Shown: in pieces, positions 1 through 7,541 of the stretch
Numbering within the stretch: the first letter of the stretch is position 1
Layout: each line of letters opens with the position of its first letter
The notes under the pieces: generated by a model
What the model was told of the DNA's origin: nothing
What the model saw: only the letters and a program-made list of their open reading frames with translations
The model's database searches: none
Origin: a virus
DNA length: 64,000 nt
Strand: one strand, 5' to 3'
IMG/VR virus record: IMGVR_UViG_3300045988_177924
Made by a program: the position numbers and the translations under genes

Positions 1-163
1 TAAGGCTTATGGCCTTAATTATTTCTTTATCTTTGAGGGAATACCCCCAAAGTTTTGCGCGTTTGTCGCCTTCAAGGGAAAGGATATTTAATCCTTTCCC
101 GGCGTCCGACGCTGTTTGTGCCAGACAAATATGTCTGGCAATTTCTTTATTGAGATTAAACAT
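1..163 (-). CDS. small hypothetical protein (first 54 aa visible; continues past the window start)
   Basis: Hand translation of the minus strand (below the 60-aa cutoff of the ORF track). ATG at 163-161, AAGGAGG about 10 nt upstream (rc of 171-180). MFNLNKEIARHICLAQTASDAGKGLN... stays open to position 1. Confidence 0.4.
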   Translation of the reverse strand, partial: MFNLNKEIARHICLAQTASDAGKGLNILSLEGDKRAKLWGYSLKDKEIIKAISL

Positions 164-178
164 ATTGAATTTACCTCC

Positions 179-343
179 TTATTCTTGTGTCAAAGACACA
201 ATTTTTACAGCGCTGTGGCCGCAAGCCCGCAGTTGTTGCGCGGTTTCTTCAGCACTCTTTCGAGTGATGAAAAAGTTGTTAAAGACCTGCACGGTCTTTG
301 ACCTGTCGCCGTAAGCGACGTAGTGTATAATCCAAATCTTCAT
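179..343 (-). CDS. small hypothetical protein, 54 aa (MKIWIIHYVAYGDRSKTVQVF...)
   Basis: Hand translation. ATG at 343-341 preceded by GGAGGA (rc of 351-356). The TAA stop at 181-179 overlaps the RBS of the next ORF, giving tight operon packing with 358..657. Confidence 0.45.
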   Translation of the reverse strand: MKIWIIHYVAYGDRSKTVQVFNNFFITRKSAEETAQQLRACGHSAVKIVSLTQE

Positions 344-357
344 TAGATTGTCCTCCT

Positions 358-657
358 TTATTTGATGTATTCAGTAAGAACGACGGTGATTTCGCCGTCG
401 TGTTCGTCTTCATCTTCACAGAAGTAACTGGCAGTTACTCCTTTGATTTTATTGAGGGATTGCGCGACTAACTCAGAGTTATAGAACCAAATGTTGGCAG
501 GATTTTTGCTTTCAAGCGCCGCTTGAAATACTTCAAAATCCGTAATGTGCATTACGGGTTTCCCAAATGTTTTATATTGCATTTGGATTTTGTTATAGAG
601 GATATCAGCGATTGTGTCGTTGATAAGCACGGGGTTGTTGTTTTGATTATTTAGCAT
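358..657 (-). CDS. hypothetical protein, 99 aa
   Basis: ORF track. Phage-like K/E/N-rich composition, and co-oriented with the tightly packed downstream small ORFs. Confidence 0.6.
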   Translation of the reverse strand: MLNNQNNNPVLINDTIADILYNKIQMQYKTFGKPVMHITDFEVFQAALESKNPANIWFYNSELVAQSLNKIKGVTASYFCEDEDEHDGEITVVLTEYIK

Positions 658-679
658 AAGTTTGCCTTTTCCCTTATCC

Positions 680-1420
680 CTGGGAGCTAGGAGTTATTTT
701 TGTGCTTTCAGTTCATCTTTCGATGATGCAGAGCCACGACGAGCACGTAAGCACTTGGCTCCATTACTTCTATCCCTTAGACAGTCCTCTCATCCTTGCT
801 CTTTCTGGTGAGCCCCCTGTCATTTCCGCACCAGGTTTTGCACCCTGGCACGTTTCGGGATATCGGCAATCAGGCTTGCCGCGATTTAGGTTTTGTGCCC
901 TCTTTGTAAGTGGGACACACGCAGTTGTCTCTGCGCCTGGGGTTGGTTTAACTCCCAGATATACCAATATCAAGTCGTTGCTTGACTCGGAGTGTGCTTA
1001 ACGTAGACTCCTCTACAGGTTAGTTTGTTATTATGTGCAGTCCAACACACCTGAATGTCGTGTTGGGCTTCCAACTTGGTGTGAAAACACACCAACGCTA
1101 ACAAGTACGGCTTTCCCTTTAGCTCCATACTTGTTACGGGAACTGATGAATTTTTCGTTGGCTAGACTACTTACCTCGTTTAAGGTCCCTTCATCTGGGT
1201 TGCTACACTTATTGACGCCAGTGGCAGGCGTATGTTGTTCCCCCGAAAGGAAACATGGGAGTTCCTTGTGGATGGTAAGATTTCATCCCTCTCAAGGGCC
1301 AATCGAGAAGGCCACAAGGAACCATTTATTCCATTCCTGAGAATGGAGTGGGGTGATTAACCCCAACGTGTCAAGTTGTACCGCGAGCGTACTGACTTGA
1401 CACGGAAATTATTTTTTTCG
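680..1420. ncRNA. candidate large (~740 nt) structured non-coding RNA; class and strand unresolved
   Basis: No credible ORF. GC is about 50-55% (66/120 counted for 781-900) against about 35-40% in the flanks.
Dense perfect helices: 1076-1095 ttggtgtg/cacaccaa; 1100-1135 aacaagta/tacttgtt; 1261-1322 gttccttgtgg/ccacaaggaac; 1349-1365 tggggt/acccca; 1367-1404 cgtgtcaagt/acttgacacg; 731-761 gagcca/tggctc; 1042-1067 ccaacac/gtgttgg.
Plus-strand GNRA loops (cc-GAAA-gg near 1243; c-GCGA-g near 1385) and a T7 run after the 1367-1404 hairpin slightly favour the + strand. Confidence 0.6.
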
Positions 1421-1505
1421 ATTGTTGACGGCAGAGCGTCATATTTCCAATCAAAGCTCCTTTTCATCACAGTCTTCACCGTATAAAAAGGCAAGCTAAA
1501 AGTGA

Positions 1506-1534
1506 AATTTACACTTTTTGGAAAGTATTTTCAA
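1506..1534 (-). promoter_or_regulatory. putative sigma-70-type promoter (TTGAAA-17-TAAATT) reading leftward into the structured region and small ORFs
   Basis: rc of 1529-1534 = TTGAAA, 17-nt spacer, rc of 1506-1511 = TAAATT. It lies just downstream of the tandem minus-strand terminators. Confidence 0.4.
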
Positions 1535-1602
1535 TCGAAAATACAATTTCAGGACAAAAATATTCATAAACCCATTTTCCCGCCCCAACCCAATTTCCCC
1601 AT

Positions 1603-1634
1603 AAAAAAAAGGCGCCGACATCCGTAGTCAGCGC
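1603..1634 (-). terminator. intrinsic terminator (second of a tandem pair)
   Basis: On the minus strand, stem gcgctgac/gtcggcgc (one G-U pair) is followed by T8 (A-run 1603-1610 on +). Confidence 0.65.
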
Positions 1635-1654
1635 TCATCTCACCTCACACACAT

Positions 1655-1684
1655 AAAAAAAAGAGGAGCCAGGCACTCCTCTTC
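1655..1684 (-). terminator. intrinsic terminator after the 1689..1994 gene
   Basis: On the minus strand, stem agaggag/ctcctct (1662-1668 / 1676-1682) is followed by T7-8 (A-run 1655-1661 on +). Confidence 0.75.
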
Positions 1685-1688
1685 TTAA

Positions 1689-1994
1689 TCAAAACCAGAA
1701 AAAGTCATTCAAGACATCGAACATCGACGGCATCGAACTCTTCCCATTATAACTTATATGGAAAGAGCCGTAGTCCTTGACGAACTCTTTCAGCAACTTT
1801 TGTGCTTCGGCCTCAGCCTCTCGCGCCTTTTTAAAGGCGTCGACGACAGCCTTCGACCTCGTCTCGCGTTCGTTTTTAAGAGCCAGCTGTTTCTCTTCTT
1901 CGGCTTTCTTTTTTGCGACAATAGCCTCTTCGGCTTTTTCGCACTCTTCTTTTGTTTCATAGACCTTGTCGGTCATCTCACTGTAATACTTCAT
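1689..1994 (-). CDS. hypothetical coiled-coil protein, 101 aa
   Basis: ORF track. Charged K/E-rich helical sequence, with a terminator immediately downstream. Confidence 0.65.
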   Translation of the reverse strand: MKYYSEMTDKVYETKEECEKAEEAIVAKKKAEEEKQLALKNERETRSKAVVDAFKKAREAEAEAQKLLKEFVKDYGSFHISYNGKSSMPSMFDVLNDFFWF

Positions 1995-2064
1995 ATTGTA
2001 CTCCTTTTGAGCGTTCCTTATCTTCGCTCTAATTTATATTTCCCATCGTTCTCTGCTGACGGGA

Positions 2065-2496
2065 TTATTCACCCAAACCTGCCTGGTCGGTATCGGATTT
2101 TTCTTTTTCAGCCTGCATCATATGCCGAAACTCAGCATCCGTGCGTGAGGCATACTCCCTCACTTTCTGACGTCGACAGCGCTCGTAGACATCAGCGACA
2201 TCCTTCGCCTGTTGTTTGGTATAAAACCACCCTTTGATCAATCCTGTAGTCGTTGACGTTATTGGTCTGAGGACGTACTCGGGGTAAACACCATTATGAT
2301 CATCGAAGTCGTAAACCAGCGGAATATATCGGACAACTTTAGTGTCTTTATCTTTCACCTTTTTATACTTTATTGGGAATGGAAACTCGAGGGTACCATA
2401 ACTTGCCCAACAGGCCACGAGGTAAATCTTTGGCAGCTTAGCGAGCTTGTCTTTGGTTTTTTGATTGTAGGGCAGATGTTTTCTTACTATACACAT
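2065..2496 (-). CDS. hypothetical protein, 143 aa
   Basis: ORF track. Co-oriented and downstream of iscB; the + strand ORFs overlapping it look like antisense artefacts. Confidence 0.6.
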   Translation of the reverse strand: MCIVRKHLPYNQKTKDKLAKLPKIYLVACWASYGTLEFPFPIKYKKVKDKDTKVVRYIPLVYDFDDHNGVYPEYVLRPITSTTTGLIKGWFYTKQQAKDVADVYERCRRQKVREYASRTDAEFRHMMQAEKEKSDTDQAGLGE

Positions 2497-2573
2497 GGGG
2501 TTGCTCCTTATTTATATTTGTATTTTTTAAGCGAGAAAACCCGTTGGTCTTTAGCCAATGGGATGAATCGCTA

Positions 2574-3836
2574 TTAATCTTGACTGTTAATGATATTTTG
2601 ACTTATATATAAGCAACTTCTTCTCGCTGAGATTCTGTTACAGTTTGATAATTTTGGTGTCTTATAGCCTCTCGGCATATAACTAAAATCTATCTGATTA
2701 TTAAATATGTCCATAAGTATAGCAAATCCAGAACTCATCTTTCCTTTGATGAAATACTCTTTTCCAAAGTATTTGACCTTATCAAATTTTCTAAATCCTT
2801 GAATCTTACCTACAGGGATTTTTTGTTCTCCACGAACGCCCCTAGTTAATTGATAATTTCCTTTGGATACTCTTCGCTTTTGATAGATAGTGTCATTGAG
2901 CGTGAACTCTTTACCACCGGAAGAGATGACACAAGCATCTATGAAATGGTCTTTTGGTAGATGGAGACTTTCACGATTCGTCTTAGTAACAAATCCAAAA
3001 GTCTCAATAGCGTCAGGATAGACCTTAAGCAACCGACTTCTGATGATACTCATGTGAGTTGCATACTTTAAATTCATCTTTTTAGGTTTTTTGTTTAGTG
3101 CAATTTTCCCACTATGGACTCCGGTGTGGCAATCTTCACATAAGGTTATGAGATTGCTCTCATCATCTGTTCCACTTTGACTTTTAAAGACGATGTGATG
3201 AACCTCTAATCTGGTATGTTTCTTACCGCAAATCTGGCAGGTATAACCATCACGATTAAGTATGGCTTCTCGTCTACTGGCCCATTCATAGTTAAAACCC
3301 TTTTGATACCCCCAGTGTTTGACCTTCTCCAAAATCAAACTTGGATTTTTCATCAGATGTGTATCAAACTGACTGACTTCAAGTACAATCTTTGAAATTG
3401 GGAGTATCTTTTTGCAGAACTCGATTTCATCAATGTGTGCTTGTACCTTGTGCTTGACGGAAGGTGGAAGCCTGTTTAATTTGGTAGAGTTATTACGGTT
3501 GAGGAATCTTGACTCACGATAACGAGTCTTTCTGTTGCGTCTATTCCTACGAGCCTGTCTCCTACTATCCATCTTCGACTTGATATCGTCTCGAAGTTTT
3601 ACATTTGACTGATACAAAACTTTGTTATTGCCAACACAAGCAGTACCAATATATTTTGAGCCTGTATCTTGTCCTAAGACAACGTCTTGTGTATACTCAG
3701 TGGAGTCATAAGTAAGTTGAATTGTAAATGGACATCTCTTTTTGACTTTAGCTTTGCCATCTTTGAGAAGCAATCTTGCGACCACATTCTCGCATGGCAT
3801 TAGCGGTTTCCCACTTTTTGAAATTACATAAACCAT
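2574..3836 (-). CDS. iscB: IscB, OMEGA-family RNA-guided RuvC/HNH nuclease (420 aa)
   Basis: All IscB modules are recognisable in order:
- PLMP domain: MVYVISKSGKPLMP...PFTIQLTY
- RuvC-I: VLGQDTGSKYIG
- Arg-rich bridge helix: RRQARRNRRNRKTRYRESRF
- RuvC-II: IVLEVSQFD
- HNH: CQICGKK..EVHHIV..NLITLCEDCH
- RuvC-III: KDHFIDACVIS
Catalytic residues appear intact. Confidence 0.9.
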   Translation of the reverse strand: MVYVISKSGKPLMPCENVVARLLLKDGKAKVKKRCPFTIQLTYDSTEYTQDVVLGQDTGSKYIGTACVGNNKVLYQSNVKLRDDIKSKMDSRRQARRNRRNRKTRYRESRFLNRNNSTKLNRLPPSVKHKVQAHIDEIEFCKKILPISKIVLEVSQFDTHLMKNPSLILEKVKHWGYQKGFNYEWASRREAILNRDGYTCQICGKKHTRLEVHHIVFKSQSGTDDESNLITLCEDCHTGVHSGKIALNKKPKKMNLKYATHMSIIRSRLLKVYPDAIETFGFVTKTNRESLHLPKDHFIDACVISSGGKEFTLNDTIYQKRRVSKGNYQLTRGVRGEQKIPVGKIQGFRKFDKVKYFGKEYFIKGKMSSGFAILMDIFNNQIDFSYMPRGYKTPKLSNCNRISARRSCLYISQNIINSQD

Positions 3837-4162
3837 AAATAAGTCTCCTTAAAATTCTCACTCTTAATGAGTGGTAACGCCTATCTTAACTCTGTTACCA
3901 AGTTAAGAATTGGTCTTCCTTTCGTCAATGTTAATTAGGCTTTTGCGACATACACACAGGGCTTTTCTTACTCCAACCCAACTTAATGTATATCGACAGA
4001 GCGACGGTCTAAGGCGACAACCGAAGGTGTCATGACCTAACTAACGTAGCTCTCATTTCTGAGGCTGAGACTTGTGAACTATTTAATGGAAGCCTACGAG
4101 TTTTTAGCTCATAGGTGGCTCACTAGGATTATTACATCACTTTACTCCTTTATATCTTATAT
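3837..4162 (-). ncRNA. putative omega RNA (HEARO-type guide RNA) of IscB
   Basis: About 325-nt ORF-free leader directly 5' of iscB, the canonical omega-RNA position.
Predicted helices on the minus strand: cctatgag/ctcgtagg, ggtaac/gttacc, cactc/gagtg, and a UUCG-loop hairpin.
A consensus promoter places the TSS near 4162. The exact 5' guide/scaffold boundary is not determinable by eye. Confidence 0.7.
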
Positions 4163-4168
4163 ATTAAT

Positions 4169-4209
4169 ATTATACACTATTTGATTATAAAAGTCAACTG
4201 TAGATGACA
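4169..4209 (-). promoter_or_regulatory. promoter for omega RNA-iscB: TGTCAT-N6-TTGACT-N17-TATAAT
   Basis: rc of 4192-4197 = TTGACT, 17-nt spacer, rc of 4169-4174 = TATAAT. The upstream TGTCAT (rc of 4204-4209) is shared with four other promoters in the window. Confidence 0.75.
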
Positions 4210-4286
4210 TAATTCTTTAAGATTCTGTGAGTATGTGTGGTAGTTTTTCTTTGGGAAAAATATTTTTTATTTTTTTTTGTATTTTC

Positions 4287-4327
4287 TGTCATTGGTAGTT
4301 GACAAATGGTATTTTTCTGTGTATAAT
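4287..4327 (+). promoter_or_regulatory. consensus promoter TGTCAT-N6-TTGACA-N17-TATAAT firing rightward into the AT tract
   Basis: TTGACA at 4299-4304, 17-nt spacer, TATAAT at 4322-4327. The transcript would begin with GGGGTGGGTGGTCGGG. Confidence 0.75.
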
Positions 4328-4357
4328 AGGGGTGGGTGGTCGGGAGAATGAGATCAC

Positions 4358-4558
4358 TATTTTTTATTATATTATATTTTAATATATATTTAACATATTA
4401 TATGTTATAATGATAGAATATATGTTATATGATCATATATTATATATATTTAATTATATTTTAATATATTATTACTTTTTTAATATATAATAATATTAAT
4501 TATAATTAATATTATTTATATTAATATTTATAATTATTATATATTTATATATAAATAA
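4358..4558. other. about 200-bp tract of 96% A+T (candidate DNA-unwinding element)
   Basis: I counted only 8 G/C in 201 nt, and 4441-4558 holds a single C. No ORF and no repeat-spacer periodicity. Confidence 0.8.
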
Positions 4559-4594
4559 GCAAGATCTTCTTATCTATACCCGCCCACCACCCAA

Positions 4595-4635
4595 ATTATA
4601 ACAACTTTGAAAAGAAAAGTCAACCTACAATGACA
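4595..4635 (-). promoter_or_regulatory. consensus promoter TGTCAT-N6-TTGACT-N17-TATAAT firing leftward into the AT tract
   Basis: rc of 4618-4623 = TTGACT, 17-nt spacer, rc of 4595-4600 = TATAAT. The transcript would begin with GGGTGGTGGGCGGG. It mirrors the 4287-4327 promoter. Confidence 0.75.
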
Positions 4636-4669
4636 CAAAAATAAAAAAAATTTTAAAACTTTACAAAAA

Positions 4670-4710
4670 TGTCATCATATGTTGATATTAAATATGATAT
4701 GTGTTATAAT
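4670..4710 (+). promoter_or_regulatory. promoter for the rightward gene block: TGTCAT-N6-TTGATA-N17-TATAAT
   Basis: TTGATA at 4682-4687, 17-nt spacer, TATAAT at 4705-4710. The first gene starts at 4785. Confidence 0.7.
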
Positions 4711-4724
4711 ATAAATATAATAAG

Positions 4725-4748
4725 AAGAAAGAGAATATCCTCTTTCTT
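4725..4748 (+). promoter_or_regulatory. 9-bp perfect hairpin in the 5' leader of the 4785 gene
   Basis: aagaaagag (4725-4733) pairs with ctctttctt (4740-4748), with a 6-nt loop. Function unknown (RNA stability, attenuation or a protein site). Confidence 0.35.
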
Positions 4749-4784
4749 TAGGAATCTATATCACTTCTAAGGAACTACATTATT

Positions 4785-5354
4785 ATGAGCAAACACTTAC
4801 ACCTAATTGTAGAAGACAATGTAATTTTTAATTGTGCGGAGACAATAACCAAAAAACTTAATGAAAAATACAACACTAATTATTCTGTAATCGATTTTTA
4901 CGAAAACAAATTCCAAACGGTCTGTGGTCAAGATCATGATTTCGAAATCATTGATTGTATCAAAAGTCTGAATGTACCTGACTTGCGGATTCGAGAAGGC
5001 GCGGAAGATTTTCTTGATACCATCACAGAACTTGCGGAGAACTGTAAGCTCACTATCGAGATTGAAAGTTATGCTGAAGCTTATAGAACGGCAACAATGG
5101 AAGATGTAGAAAAAATTCGTCTTTTTGGAGACTCGGTTATATATATAGGCAGCGATTACCGTATGTGCGCTAATTATTTAGCTGATATGGTCGTGTTATT
5201 TACTGGCGATGTTGAACATCAGCGTAACCGTGTTGAAGGTAATGAGGAAGATTTTTATATCATACATAACTTTAACGACTTAGAAGCGTTGGTGAAGTTT
5301 TATGCCGATTACCCTGAATTTGTGGGGAACCCTTCGTCGATTATTGAGGAGTAA
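4785..5354 (+). CDS. hypothetical protein, 189 aa
   Basis: ORF track. First gene after the 4670-4710 promoter. Confidence 0.65.
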   Translation: MSKHLHLIVEDNVIFNCAETITKKLNEKYNTNYSVIDFYENKFQTVCGQDHDFEIIDCIKSLNVPDLRIREGAEDFLDTITELAENCKLTIEIESYAEAYRTATMEDVEKIRLFGDSVIYIGSDYRMCANYLADMVVLFTGDVEHQRNRVEGNEEDFYIIHNFNDLEALVKFYADYPEFVGNPSSIIEE

Positions 5355-5355
5355 A

Positions 5356-5904
5356 ATGAAAACATTATTTTGTGTACTTGGCAGAAGTGGAACCGGAAAA
5401 GATACAGTCGTTGATCGTGTGTGCCAGCTGACAGGAATGAAGAAAGTGTGTTCTTATACCACGCGCCCCAAGAGAATTAACGAAGGTGACACCCACATTT
5501 TTATTCGACCTGAGGATGTGGATAAATATAAAGATGATATTATTGCGCAGACTGTAATTGGAGATGTGGAATATTTTGCTACAGTTACACAAGTGTTAAA
5601 TAGTGATTTTTATATAATCGATCCTAAAGGGCTTGGAGATTTGTGGAAGTATTGGAATTTCGAAAAACATCCATTAAAAATTGTGGCTGTTTTGATTTCT
5701 GTACCTACGGATGTACAACGTGGATTCTTGATGAAACGGGGCGATGATGTTGAAATTGCCCAGAAGAGAATGGCTGCGGAAGACGCGCAGTTCTGTGAGT
5801 TCGAGAAGGAATATAAAAATAAATACGTTTTGACAAATTTAGATTTGACACAAACGGTGAATGATTTGCTAGATATTATTAAACGCGAAAAAGAGGAAGA
5901 TTAA
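5356..5904 (+). CDS. guanylate kinase-like / nucleoside monophosphate kinase
   Basis: P-loop GRSGTGKDT and the guanylate-kinase signature TTRPKRINEGDTHIF. I placed the start at ATG 5356, after GAGGAG, rather than at the track start 5302, which overlaps the previous gene. Confidence 0.7.
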   Translation: MKTLFCVLGRSGTGKDTVVDRVCQLTGMKKVCSYTTRPKRINEGDTHIFIRPEDVDKYKDDIIAQTVIGDVEYFATVTQVLNSDFYIIDPKGLGDLWKYWNFEKHPLKIVAVLISVPTDVQRGFLMKRGDDVEIAQKRMAAEDAQFCEFEKEYKNKYVLTNLDLTQTVNDLLDIIKREKEED

Positions 5905-5906
5905 GA

Positions 5907-7541
5907 GTGCCTAATTTACAAAACCTATATCAAGTTTTTAAACTTAAATCTAGTTTTATTGTAGAGAACAACTTAAATATAGTTAATTATTCAAAATCTA
6001 AGGCAGCTCGCGATGGAGCGCTGGTATCAATTGGTGATAATCTGGTTTTTCAACAAATCAGAAAATATTATAATGATACCAGAAGTCATCGAGAGATTTT
6101 TAACGATGTCCAACAATTTCGTCGCGCTATAAGAGCCGCGAAGAGAGAGGGACGAACTAAGGAAGCTGGTATTCTTAATCGGTTTTTGACAGATGCGTTG
6201 TTTGTTAAAGATATTATTAACGTTGAAGTCGTGACCAAGAAAGAATATAAAGAATTGGCCAAGAATGGTTTTGACGTTAACGGTATTCATTATGTGAGAT
6301 TTTGTTGTGGTTCGGGACAAATGAGGCGCAACACTATTACCTTTATTAACGAAGCTCTTTATGACACCTTGTACAAAAACCTGATGTGCGGGTTGGACAC
6401 CAAGATTTCAGAAATGAATTTGGCGAAATATCATGCGTATTTTGCGTTGGCGTTTTCAAGTGTTATGTGGGTGCGAACTCCGAGGGTATGCGTAGTTAAG
6501 GATTTCTTTAATGTGGTGAAGGATCAATCGGTTGATTGGATTTGCCCCAATCCCGAGACTGGGAAAAAACAGATTAAAGAAAGAATAATGGATATCGAGT
6601 TAAACTGCGCTGATGGACAGGGGTTGATAGATCCTAAGTTTGCGGCGCTGTGGGCAGAAGATATGAATTTATCATATACGCCGTCGTCGTTCGTTGTCCG
6701 TAGCGTTTTTGTGAAGGGGTGCTTGGTTCCATTTGATTTTCGAGAATTTGGAGCTGTACACGGTATTGACTCAATTCGTGACCGGTGGGGAATCTCGCAT
6801 AGGTTAGAGGATATTGATGTTATATTGAGTGAATCTCAATTCAAGATGTATAAATATTATGTATCTTGGTATGAATATCAAAAGTATGTAGATGCGGCTG
6901 GTATTCAGTGGGGAGTTGCGAGATATAATAAAAAGTACGATGACGAATATGTGCTGGCTAATTATCAATATCTGCAAGTGTTGGATATCAATAAGGATGA
7001 TATTCTGGAATTGATTCAACCGACGATTGATTGGATTAAAAAGATTTGTTCAGGTGACCAATTGTATACAATGCTGTATATGTTGGGTTGCAAGGGCGAA
7101 CAGGTCAGTTTTAAAGAGCTGTACAATGGAGCGCAAAGCACGGCGTTGAGGGCTATTATTAAAAACCCGATAATGTTGGAAGACGCTCATGTACAGAAGA
7201 AAATATATCGCAATATTGCTGAGACGATAAACAAGGCGAAGATTGGTAAGATATGGGTGAGAGGAAATTATAGTTTTATGATTTCCGATCCCGTGGCACA
7301 GTGCCAATCGGCGCTTGGGTTGGAACCGGTGGGGTTAATTGGGCCTGACCAAGTGTATTCAAATTTCTGGAGGCAGCGAAGTGTGGGTTGTGTTGACCTG
7401 TGCCGCAGCCCGATGATTGACTCGCACGAACACAACCCTTGTAAAGTAGTATCGTCCGAAGATATGGATTATTGGTATCAATATATTAAGAGTGGAATCA
7501 TTTATAGTATATATGATACTTCAACATTACGACACTCCGAT
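5907..7541 (+). CDS. YonO / RdRP-family single-subunit two-barrel RNA polymerase, exon 1
   Basis: Family-type motifs CADGQGLID, VVRSVFVKGCLV (R..KG) and CRSPMIDSH. The ORF runs into an in-frame stop 4 codons after the proposed 5' splice site. Exon 1 ends ...RHSD with a U at 7541. Confidence 0.7.

Noticed and set aside
9-314. Plus-strand ORFs 9..314 and 116..301
   Set aside because: They are antisense to two minus-strand small ORFs that have canonical RBS-ATG arrangements and operon-style stop/RBS overlaps. The + frames have no RBS.
702-1340. ORFs 702..1001 (+), 770..973 (-) and 1035..1340 (+) inside the GC-rich island
   Set aside because: There is no RBS. Composition (P/S/G/L/C-rich) is unlike every credible protein in the window. 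They overlap one another and coincide with dense RNA helices, so the region is treated as non-coding RNA.
680-1420. Group II intron, tmRNA or tRNA interpretation of the structured island
   Set aside because: There is no GUGYG 5' end. The domain V-like match (GTACGG at about 1104) lacks the complementary arm. I saw no tRNA-like T-arm/CCA end, no tag-peptide reading frame, and no RT/maturase ORF.
4358-4558. The AT tract as a CRISPR array, tandem repeat or coding region
   Set aside because: There is no repeat-spacer periodicity, only low-complexity TA-rich sequence. Stops occur in all frames.
5302-5355. The ORF-track start (5302) for the kinase-like gene, and similar upstream track starts at 12614, 24574, 28656, 29377, 30201, 34985, 41028 and 60971
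   Set aside because: In each case an internal ATG lies 5-10 nt after a strong GGAGG-type RBS and removes the overlap with the preceding gene. The upstream extensions look non-native.
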